Below, piece by piece: positions 53,201 to 64,000 of a stretch of DNA of 64,000 nt. How positions within the stretch are numbered: the first letter of the stretch is position 1; every line of letters begins with the position of its first letter. The notes below the pieces were generated by a model. It made no database searches and was not told the DNA's origin. It was given only the letters and a program-made list of their open reading frames with translations. This stretch comes from Phoronis australis (taxonomy: Eukaryota; Animalia; Phoronida). A program made the position numbers and the translations under genes. The stretch spans positions 572,102 through 636,101 of the forward strand of contig NMRA01000079.1 in NCBI GenBank assembly GCA_002633005.1, in the 5' to 3' direction.

Positions 53201-56200
53201 GATGATGGCCACATGGCTATTCCTGTTTTATGACTTCCAGTGAACACGTGAATCTTCTTATCAGATCGATAGGACCATTGAATGAGGACGCTTCATTCAA
53301 GTTTATGAACTAAAATTTAGCTGATAACTAGAGTGTGGTGATTTGTTTAACAGCAATCTTGGCAATGAAGAACCTCCTAGTTCCCTAAGTTGCCTAAAGA
53401 GGGTGTGTCTGGTAAGCCATCAAGAGTACCTCCTCGTGATGATGCCATGGAACCATTCAAAGAAACCTCCTGACTGATCAGTCACCTTAGTCTTCTGAGT
53501 CTCTCTGAACCATCTGGAAATGAAGAATTTAGTGATTAAATAAGCAGTCTATTTCTTCAGGAAATTTCATCCTGCGGTGCTGCCGACTGTCACTTTTCAA
53601 ATGGAATTTTTTTACCGTAAAAGCAATGTCCAGAAGCACTGATAGTTTTCTAATACTTCAATCTAGCCTTATTATATTCTCGTGTCACAGTAAGATAGTT
53701 TCAGCTGTCACAGCAGTTTTTCTGTTTGGATTATTTCAGAGGTATAATTGCAGCAAACAAACAAAAGATAAAAATGTGATGATACTGCTTTGGAAGCGCA
53801 AATGCACTTCTGAAGACTTTCTGACTCCAGAATATGACTTAGAGTAGTTTTAACTGTTACTTGATAGTGCCTCAGCTGCTAAATTCAATTACATATTACG
53901 CATTCTTAATATGAAATACATAATCAAATAAAATTAAAAGTATTTCTATTCCATTCACTTTTAATTGTATCGGGCAAAAATTTGATTTGAGAACTCTCAT
54001 TTTGTATGAGTATGCATTACATTAAACTGATCACCAAGGTTTGGCAAATGCTCAATAGGGGGAGTACTGCTTCTGTAATGGGCCGTTCAATCTTACATTG
54101 ACCTACCTAATCGAGGCTTGCCTGGTTCCCTGGGCACCATATTTAGTCTGTACTGTCTTCATTGGTTCAAACTCATCCTCCATCACTTCATCAGAGTCTG
54201 AGCTAGAGCTTTCTTCAGCCTCCTCCTAGAAACAAAAATCCAAGAAATACGGTAACCGTATTCGTCCCCATAAGCACAACTTGTCTGGGTTTTGAAAATA
54301 TGCGCCCTCCCTCTCAATGTAACCGACAATGTAATACGGATGCAAGACATAACTGTTCAACATAATATGTGATTCTTTACAGTACCATGACTTCAGTTTT
54401 AATATAAATCATGACTTTGTGAACTAATAAATATCGTCTTGCATGGCATTTCCAAGTTTCAGCCTCTTCAGTCTTGATATTTGCCAGTCACAGCACACTC
54501 CACCTTCAGCAAAAGTTCAACAATACTTCTAAACGTTTTTTGCCAAGAAGCATATTTGTTACAAATGACTATTGTTAACTTTACAGATGTTCTGATGACA
54601 TCACAATGATGTAACCTGAAATGCCTGCTTATTAACCAATCGAAGATCCAATTGTCTTTGATTCTGGTAGCAAATGATTCTGATTTAGCGGTCTGTGGTT
54701 TGGAATGTAGGTAAATTTCTAAACCAATGTGGTCGTCTACAGCGATGAAAGGACATTATGATACAAAACATTGCATCAACCAGTTTGAAAACTGCACCTC
54801 ACCAGTACCAAGTAATCTTATATTTGAAATAAAACTTTGATGCAGGCTTTTTCACCAGTGGTTTGCAGTGCAACTAAGTTTTCACCGAACTAAGTGACCC
54901 TTTTTCGTGACACTACAATGTATACCCTGGCTGCGTATTAGAGGGCAAATACGATACTGTTTAACAATTATGGAAAATACAGTTTTCAAAGTACCCGCAA
55001 ACCCACTCACTCTGAGAGCCTTCTATACATTAAGCTTCAGCTGAAGTCACAATTTAAGTACAAAGTCCTAATTTGTTTTCAATGAGCAAAGGGTTCAGAA
55101 TAATGTAATTAGATGATGAGCTCATAATAAAGATCAAAATTATAGAAAAAGATTACATCTGTGAGTAAAGAATGACACAAATAGTCATCATATTAGATTT
55201 AGGGAACTTAGTTGAGTCTGTATTTGAGACAGTTCATGCAACTGGGCACAGACGTTTTTGTAATTTTTGTCAGAACTTCAAATTAAAAGCAGACAAATTC
55301 ACCAAAGACATGCTTGATTGAAACACAGTACCTCTTCTTGATTCACTGCTTGCTGGGGTGCAACAATTTCTGGAATGTTGAATTCTGGAATTGTTTCCTG
55401 GGCTGTCTTGGGATTGAAAAACTCTATAAGCAATAAAAGAAGCAATCTGATTTGATTTAAAGTTTCAAAGCAACATAGATCCTACATTGTTTGACACATA
55501 AACAGTGTACAGAAGTCTCACTATAGTCAAGGCATTCCCGATATGACTGGACATGATAATTGGCCAGGTGCAGTGATGCAGTGGTGGAAGATATCATGAG
55601 GTGGGCCCAACATTTTTCGTTTTGTGATCGTGCCTCCGCACACCCCAACACACACACACAGTCACGCAAAAGTAAATGCCCACGATTAGCACCAACGTAA
55701 TAAATATCAAAACTTGTTTCCGTGCCATTTTTACTCATTTCTTTCTAAGCAGCCAGTCCGGGCCTCCTCCCCCAATTGCAAGTACTGGTGATGAGTTTAT
55801 GATTAGGTAATTATAACCTTGTGCTGAAGTCTCCAATAAGTCAAATATCAGCAAATTTAACACGCAGTAAAAGTATTAAATTTTGTGACGTAGAAATCCT
55901 GCAGAAATTGTTTTGGAGCTTATTTGGATCATGACATCTTGTCTTTTTAGGAATTAAGTTAATCAAAAAAGTATACTGATTACATATTAACAAAACATCT
56001 TTGTCAATTACAGGTCACAATTTTTTTTCATTTCTGTTTGATGTAATCTATTGGGTTTTTATAAAAATCCTCACTGAACTATTTATTCATGAAAAAATGT
56101 AAAATTTTACAATTTGGAGAACAATGCCGAAACCTCCATATCTGAATGTTTGATTTGAATCTGATCATTTTTGAGACATGATGTTCTGAAGTTATCAAAA

Positions 56201-58945
56201 TTTGTACAATCTTTCTAGTTTCACGTATACTCAAATGGAGACAACCTCCTATCACTATTGCTACAATGGGCAATTTGCTTGGATAAGAAGTTTGGTTCTG
56301 ACTCGAATTCAACTTGCTTGTCGAGTACACAGTAGATTTATCGTACTGTCACCTGAGTTTTACCTGGAATTTATGAGCTACCACAAAACAAGACATGTTT
56401 TAATAATTATCATTTTACGGTTCTTTGTAGAACCCTTGAAAATGCCCAAATTTGACTACCTTCAGAAAATCATGTCTCAGAAATGGCTGATTGGATTCAT
56501 TTACATACCGGGGTATGTACTGTTCTCAAAAATGCTGAAAGGAATTTTTTAAATAAAAATATTTCCCTTTTTGCATGTCTTTTGAAATTTTTAAGAAAAT
56601 TGCACAAATTAGAAACAAATCGTATTAAATCTTGAGACGTAGCCAACAAACACTTCTCAGTGAAGACCGTCTTGCTTACTGTAGCCAGCTCCGACCAGGG
56701 TTTTTCATGCACAACACTCACTTTGAGGTATGTTCTTGTCGCTCCGTATCACAGCATGCTGTCGATCATAAGCGTCTACTGATAGATGGGCAATCTGTTC
56801 TAACAGTCCCGCCACCTGTAGGGCTTCTTTGTGGGCTTCTAGTCGCTTCTGCTGAACCTTCTGTCGGCCAAGATAGCCACGGATAACTGAGAACAGCACA
56901 TTAAAAACAAAAATAATGTCATTGCAACAAAGGACCCCCATTTGTGGATAGGAAACAAAAAAACAATTCTGACTTTTTATACATTGCAATAGTTAGATAA
57001 CTTTAAAATGGAACTTCTGTCTTCTATTGGGCAATAAGTGTTTTAAATTTCCAATCTCCATAAAAATTGTATTTTATTTTCCACAAAACATAACAAGAGC
57101 AACGCAGAGCGTTGAAATGTGCCCACGACTGCACTGCAAACGGTGTGCTTCTAGAGTTGTTTATTTGTATCATAAAAATGACCACCAGATGGTGCAAAAC
57201 GTCCAATCCATCTGCAAATGGAACATGCCATCGCTTCTTCAATAGAAAGCTATTTACTAAATTTCATAACAAGAGCAATGCGGAGCAATGAAATGCACCC
57301 ACGAATGCATCGCAAATGGTGTGCTTTTAGCCAGGGTTGTTTATTTGTGACTTAAAAATGGCCACTAGATGGTGCAAAAACAAACAATCCATACGAAAAT
57401 GGGAATATGTCATTGCTTCTTAAATACAAAGCTATACATAAAATTTCATAGAAATCCATCATGGAACTACAGAGAAACAAAAGGAAAACAGATGAATAAA
57501 ATGAAATTGCCACTAGGGGGCACACTGCTCATTGGATCCGCCTGAAAGTCGTCATTGAATGTTGTTAGCTTCATATAAATATACTTACAAATTAAATTTA
57601 ATAAAGATCCTGCAGTGGGTTTAAGAGATACAGATGCCCGTATTCAAAATTTTATGAAAATCCGTTGAGGACCTTTGAGGATACAGAGGTAAAGGTAAAG
57701 CTAAAATTGCCACCAGGGGGCACACCAGCAGTCAGATCCATCCGAAAATTGTCATCGTCTGTTGTCAACATAAACACAATTCTTAAATTTAGTAAAGATC
57801 TTACAAATAGCTTACGAGATACAGCCATAGGCGCAAAAAAACAAAACTGCCACTAGGAGGCACCACAGTAGTCGAAGTCATCAGAAAATCATCGTCACCC
57901 GTCCACTTCATAGTAAAAACATACATGTCAATTTTCACAATTATCCTGAAAGCAGTTTGGTTGATAGAGGGGTGGACGCCAAAAAACAGATTCAAAAACA
58001 GTAAAAATGGCCACCAGGTGGCGCAAACTAGGTCAAATCCATCTGAAAACGGAAAGATAGTGTCACCTCACTAATAGAAGCCTATACACCAAATTTTATG
58101 AAAATACTTTGAGGAACTTTGAAGATACAGACTCAGGTAAATATAAAAAATAAAATTGCCACTACGTGGCACACCAGTAGTCAGATCTGTCCGAAAGTTG
58201 TAGTTGTCTGTTGTCATCAACATATAAAATGCACTCACTAAATATAGTAAAGATCCTGCAAATGGTTTAGGAGATATAGCGAAAGACACAAAAAACAAAG
58301 CTGCCACTAAGAGGCGCCACCGTAGTCGAAGTCGTCGGAAAATCATCGTCAACCGTTCTCTTTAATATACATGTAAATTTTCACAATCATGCTTCAAGCG
58401 GTTTGGTTGATAGAGGGGTGGACGCTAAAAAACACGCGAAAACAGTAAAAATGGCCACTAGGTGGTGTAAACTACGTTGAATCCATCCAAAAACGGGACG
58501 ATACCGTCGTCTCACTATTAGATGCCTATACCAAAGTTTGTGAAAATGTGTTGAGGACCTTTGACGATACAAACTAACTTAGGTAAATATAAAAAACTAA
58601 AATTACCACCAGGGGGCACACCGGTAGTCGGGTCCGTTTGAAATTTCGTTGATGCCGTCCCATTCATGAAAGGAACTGTGTGCAAAATTTCATGAATATA
58701 CTGTACGTCAATCGGTTTTGGAGATAGAGCAATGGACGTCGGACAGATGCCAGACGGACACCGGACGGATGCGGGACGGACGGAGATGACAGCATAATGT
58801 GTCCACATATAAATATGTGGGCGCATAATAAAACGAATAAAAATGAAGCCAACCTCTCTGAATGTCTCTAGCGCACTTGTGATACTGTTCTAGAGTGTCG
58901 GTGAGTGCCTCAATGTGGTAGTACTTCATAAACACCTTCGTCTTG
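47201..58945 (-). CDS. Class XXVIII-type unconventional myosin (motor end, IQ, coiled coil, SH2, tail); 3' portion only
   Basis: Exons (minus): 58854-58945 (KTKVFMKYYH..ARDIQR), 56722-56886 (VIRGYLGRQKV, completing the IQ motif), 55332-55423, 54107-54225 (acidic), 53430-53513 (WFHGIITRR), 51978-52067 (EAELLL..GCFLIRVSES), 51317-51434 (CRHYMI..LVAYHQK), 50557-50685 (LLTEPCGQ), 49592-49642, 47648-47761, 47201-47269 (stop). Phases consistent. Motor-IQ-coiled-coil-SH2 is the described Myo28 architecture. The motor exons lie beyond 64000. Confidence 0.88.
47905..48565. repeat. Tandem duplication, period ~350 bp, in a myosin intron
   Basis: TCCCGTTGCTCCCAACTTGTTC..CTATAGCCCAA..GGGAAGTTTACCCC occurs at ~47906 and ~48255. 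Confidence 0.8.
48650..48973. repeat. Diverged tandem duplication, period ~180 bp
   Basis: GGCAGTTAACAAA..GATGTTATC..CTGAACG..AAAACGCTGT appears twice. Confidence 0.7.
52701..53161. mobile_element. ~460-bp MITE with ~45-bp TIRs and internal GCGTAATT repeats
   Basis: CTATGATGGGCCATTG..GGAAAGTGTCGCCG ... CGGCGACACTTTCC..CAACGGCCCACCATAG. Flanks TAGG/TAGA. Confidence 0.75.
57092..58830 (+). mobile_element. HINE/Helentron-like non-autonomous element with an internal ~150-bp tandem array
   Basis: Begins AACAAGAGC, has internal tandem monomers, a (CGGA)n microsatellite at ~58740-58785, and a terminal stem-loop CCACATAT-AA-ATATGTGG followed by GCGCATAATAAAA. Confidence 0.7.
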
Positions 58946-60447
58946 CTGGAAGGGGAATAAGATAAAACGACGTTAAACTATGACTACCGTAATTCCCCAC
59001 TTATTTAACGCACAATAAGGGTGACAAGTGAATCTGTTTTCGTAAATTTCTCTAAAAAGTAAAGATCACGAACATTAGCAAGGTTTGCAGTGTGTATGGT
59101 AGATGTCATAAAACAACATTTGCTAAAAGTTCTCATTATTTTCAAAAAAGTTAAATCAACCATTTTGCGAAATCATTAAGAAGTTATCATTTTTGGTAAT
59201 TATGTTGGTGCGAAATAAAAGAATTAGCATACTTAGTGCTATGGCTAGGTTGAGTACATAGAAGGCAGCACAGCTGCAGAGAGTATGGATTGTAACAGGA
59301 AACAAAAACCTGCCTGTAATGCAAAACTCTCGCAAAACATTTTTGTGAAAAGGAGTCTTGATTTAAGAGACAAAAACAGCAAAATATCTTAGCTTTCCAG
59401 CCTCATTGACCAATCACATCGGCAGTCACTCTGCTCATCTATGACAGTATGGCCATGACCTGCGTGGGGATCTCACCATTTGAAAGACTTGTTTGACAGA
59501 ACGCAAACCCTAGCTGACATGTCCCTGACGTATCACAGAATGAAAATACGGAACCACTTTCAATACACAATAATTGTAATATGTCTTGATAAATTTAAAG
59601 AAAGCTACTGCACTGTTTAGACAAGTATTTCTTAGAATATGCATAACTCTAGAAGAACCAAAAACAGTCAACAGGAGTGAACATCTCAAAGATTTACAGG
59701 TCAATCATTACCAATGATGCTCCATGAGAAACGCTACGTCAGTCATACTACAAATCTCCCAGACGTTGACAAGGTGACATTGAACACACTGGTACTGCAC
59801 CATCAAATTTCCCACAAACAGGATAGGTGTCTTGACAGCAGAAGCAAGGAAATCCAGCTTATTGAAAATCATAAAATTTCATTTCCTTAATCATTTGTTT
59901 CAACAGAAAGATATGAGAAGAAACAAAACTACAAAGCATAGGCTGAACAAGCAATCTGATCAAACATAATTTGAATGGCCTGCCACAGGGGACTTTTCAA
60001 CAAAAGAGACTTTAAAGCAAACATGGCAAAAGTAGATCAAATAAAGGTGAGGATTTCAGGCATTGGAATTTTCTAGCGGGAATGAAGGATGTCACTCGCT
60101 CTGTAGACAATGGCCATTTTAAACAACGAAAAGGAACAAATCTCACCCGTCATATTGAACAAAAACATGAAGTGGTTACAACAGTTATTGTCTATTGCCA
60201 TTACTACATAACTCTTGACTTATTTAACAAACAATATGGTCAAAAAGTGAATTATTCGAACTTCTCCACAAAAATACAATTTGGGAAAGTTTTACTCTAC
60301 AACTTGGCGTGGTTAATTGTACTGAGTAGATATCACAAAACAACTTTTGGTAAATGTTGCAAGTTTGAAGTTTGTAGTGAATGTAACCTGTGCATGAAAA
60401 ATGAACATTTTGGCAATTATTTTTGTGCCAAGCAAGTGGTGATTTAA

Positions 60448-63400
60448 CCCTGCGAAATGTTACTATGGTTGACCATGGTTAAGCATGGTAAAGCACAGAC
60501 AACCATAATTCAACCATGGTTAAACCAAGGTTGACAGTGCTTGACCATGCTTCTGACCATGGTGTACCATAGTCAATCCATCGTCAACCATGGTTGCCTT
60601 TTCCAGAAATGGTCAACCATGGTTGATTATGCTTCTGACCATGGTCAACCATGGTTGACCATTTCTAAAATGAACAACCTTGGTTGACTGAGGATCTGAC
60701 CATTGACAACCATGGTCAAACCAGTCAACCATTGTTGCCTTGGTCAACCCTATAAGCACAATTCTTCATGTCCTAGGACTGAATCATTATTCCCCATCCC
60801 AACCAGGTCTTGTTTACGAGATCAGGTTACGCTTGACACTCTTAAACAGGGAGTAATGTCAAACACTTTTTGCATGGCCCTACAAAATGAAATGCAAAAT
60901 ACTGGCCAAAACTGGACTTACCAAATACAAACAATGAAAGTGACCACTGATCGGATTCATTATGAGAGGTAGACAGGGGCACTTAAACTGAATAAGAAAC
61001 TCATCATTTAATGGAATTCTTCTAAAACAACAAGAAACCCATCAAAAATATTTGACTAAATCTAAGCAAATTAATGTGCATGTATTATGATCATTCCTAC
61101 ATATATGTTAGACTGACCTACACACAGTTACATTATACTTACCAACTTTTAAAATATCCCCACCAGATGGCATTGTCCAAAATCAATTGGTAGTCAATTG
61201 ATTCAGTTTCATTAATGTTCAACTCCTAGTTGTAATGTCCTAAGAGTATTCCAAATGTTTATTTTAATTGCTAGCCCAGCTACATGTTGAACATCCTGGG
61301 AGTGCTATCAGCAAACTGAACCTCTTTATGTTAATTTCAAATACATGTATGTGTTAACAATTGGTTGTCAAGGTTACTTTCCTGGAAAGTGAAATACCCA
61401 GGGCATGCACGCCTTTCAAAGGCACTTCAAATTTCAAATGGTTGGGGTTCAGCAAAGATTCTGGACTAGTGAAAAAATGGACTGGTCAGTTTTGACTTCA
61501 ACACTGTATTTATAATTATTGAATATGACTGTTAACATATATCATGCTTGAATACTAAGTAGTTTTGGTCTTGCAAACAAAAGGGGACTTGTTTTTTGAA
61601 ACTGATTCTGAGGAAGTCATGGAAATAAGCATGATCCATCTTTGTTCAAATGTAAGTTGAACTTCAGTACTAGAGTATGTGTAATTCTGTGACTTAAGCA
61701 GAGGCCTAAATTATCTTGATTTCAAAATCTTTTTATCAACTAAATTGCCCTGTGTTTCTAATGAGCTTTTGAAAAATAGATGTTTAGTGTGCAAAAAAAT
61801 GGTGTGTTAGTCATTTTTTTCTTTTTAACACTGATAACTTGTGTCCCCTTGAAGAAAGAATATTGTATTTTCAAAAAGCTCCACCCTACAATTGGTGTCA
61901 ACTTGTTTAATCAACTTAGATGAGAACAGAAGTCATTTTGGGTCTTGCTCTATGATTAAACTGATATGTCTAGAAATCTATTTTGCAAGCGAAGTCTGAA
62001 ACAATGACATTATAACTGATAAATTCTCAATACTTTCCAACCATGTGATCACATCTTTATTTTGTCCAAAAGGGCAATTCTAAATTTATTTTTTGGTTAT
62101 GATTAACTAAGAAATCAAAGCATTTCTGTATTTTCTGAACAAAAATGAATGAAAAATCCTATTAATTTACTCGATCTCATCTAACTGGAATTTTTTCAAC
62201 TTTTCTTTATTTTGTAGAATCGAAGACTTTGAAAACATGCATGATGAAGTGAAACTCAGATGCACGTGAAAGTACTTGAGATTCAACCACAAACACTACT
62301 GTGCTACTGACTGTCAGACCTCAATTCCTGTGGCGGGCAAAAAAATAATGGAGAGTGACAAGTCTGTATTCTAAAAAGTCTGTGGACCTCAAGTGCTGAT
62401 TAGACCTTGAATGGCCTGCATTTGGAGTCACACGTGGATTCAGCTTTTCTGGCAGCCAATATTTTGCTGCTGCAGCTCTTTATACCACAGTACCTCTCAA
62501 CACATCTCATCAAAAACCAAGTGTGTGGAAGTATTGTATGGACTTTTTGCTCTGAGAGGAAAGACCATTTTCACCTGGACCTAAAAGACATAACTGCTAA
62601 GGCTCAAGCAGTATAAAAAGTTTAAGTTAAAAATGCATAGCATTTAAGTAGGGCAAGTTAAAAAATGAACACCCTTCAAGCATTGTCAAGTCATATAAAA
62701 ATTTCTACATGTGAATAGGAACACTTTATTATATTTATAAAGTACTTTACACGCTAGGCAAAACATATTTCACAATACAGTAACATAGATGTAATATTTT
62801 GGGAGGTGTCAATTCTAATTTTGAATTGTTTTACACATTGTTGTAAGTTTTGGTTCTTCATGATGATGCTCAATGTGAAAGCAGAAAACTGTTGGTGCCA
62901 TATATTTTACAAAATCTTAATTTTTTTCAAGATTTGCTCTTGATTACACTGTACTGCTATTTAACATTCAAAGACTCCACTGTTCTTGTGGTTCATATTG
63001 TCTTTGTCCTGTTGTAAATGAAGAAATAGAAGTATTGTGTAAAGTGCAAACACCTGTTTTCAATATTTCAGCGAATATTGGGACTCTTTAGTGAGTTAGA
63101 CCTTGCTAATGTAATTTGAGGAGCTTGTGACATTTCACTTGAAATTCAACAGGTAATTTTCTTACATGGTGTATTTCATTTTATAGTGGACTTTTAGCTA
63201 TGCCTGTAAATGTCAGCTCACTTAAGCATGACTTTGTGACCGTGGTTAACCATGCTTACTAACCATTGTTGACCATGCTTAATAAAGATGCCAAACAATG
63301 GTCAACCATGGTTAGTAACCATGATCAACCATTATTAGTAACCATGATCAACCATTATTAGTAACCATGATCAACCATTATTAGTAACCATGATCAACCA

Positions 63401-63710
63401 TTATTAGTAACCATGATCAACCATTATTAGTAACCATGATCACAACCATGATTTTTAACCATGCTCCTAACCATGATTTTTATCCAGTCAACCTGATTTT
63501 TAACCATGGTCAACCATATTAACCCTAGTCAACCATGGTTCCACACCATGGTTGGTAACCATGGTCAACCATGGTTGGTAACCATGGTCAACTATGGTTT
63601 TAACATTTCGCACTAAGTTGTCTCATAGCATGGTTGTGAAGCATGGTCAACCATGGTTGTTAGCCACGGTTGTTAGCCACAGTTAACCATGGTTAAGTAA
63701 CTTTTTGCAG
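60448..63710. mobile_element. ~3.2-kb putative CACTA/EnSpm-like non-autonomous element with subterminal AACCATGGTT arrays
   Basis: Left end CCCTGCGAAATGTTA. Inverted matches TAACATTTCGCA (63601) and TAACTTTTTGCAG (~63698-63710). Dense ACCATGGT palindromic repeats at 60465-60750 and 63240-63695, including a 23-bp tandem at ~63313-63440. Confidence 0.6.
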
Positions 63711-64000
63711 TACTACTGAATCCTTACTTTCATTTTTAATTCATTTTCAATTGTTTTGAATTGAAGCTAGACGTGACTTCACCAGTTTTCACAGAATTTC
63801 CAGATTTTTCAACAAGCCAGTCCATGTCTAATCAACAAAACAATCTTTGACTTCACGACCACAGCTTTTGTGAGGATACCGAATAGTATGTATTATTTCA
63901 TGATTAATGTAAGAGAATGCAAGGACACTCAATTTGGGGATATTTTGTATGTGCTTCAAAGAACATGATTCGTTTTAATGCATCACGTACAAAGTTTAGT

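Noticed and set aside
62400-62590. Exon-like minus-strand segment as an upstream myosin motor exon
   Set aside because: The frames I read contain stops, show no myosin motifs, and lie inside the putative CACTA-like element.

Overview
Animal (invertebrate, probably lophotrochozoan or mollusc-like, inferred) genomic DNA with spliceosomal GT-AG genes, so the ORF track is mostly uninformative. I assembled four genes by hand. Two are tandem 5-exon fatty-acid-binding-protein (iLBP/FABP) paralogs on the minus strand (2749-10716 and 16487-24075). KATNAL2 (katanin p60-like 2 AAA ATPase) lies on the plus strand (24896-41386), head-to-head with the second FABP, with one exon apparently lost in the N gap. 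The 3' half of a class XXVIII-type myosin (end of motor, IQ, SH2, Tyr-rich tail) lies on the minus strand (47201-58945) and continues beyond the window. The window also holds a decayed L1/Tx1-type LINE, a hAT transposase relic, many MITEs, a locally clustered ~750-bp element forming long inverted repeats, a HINE-like element with ten CTCF-like motifs, and a CACTA-like element. Most intriguing: both FABPs have lost the Arg-x-Tyr carboxylate clamp and carry a Lys at the position used in engineered retinal Schiff-base 'rhodopsin mimics'.
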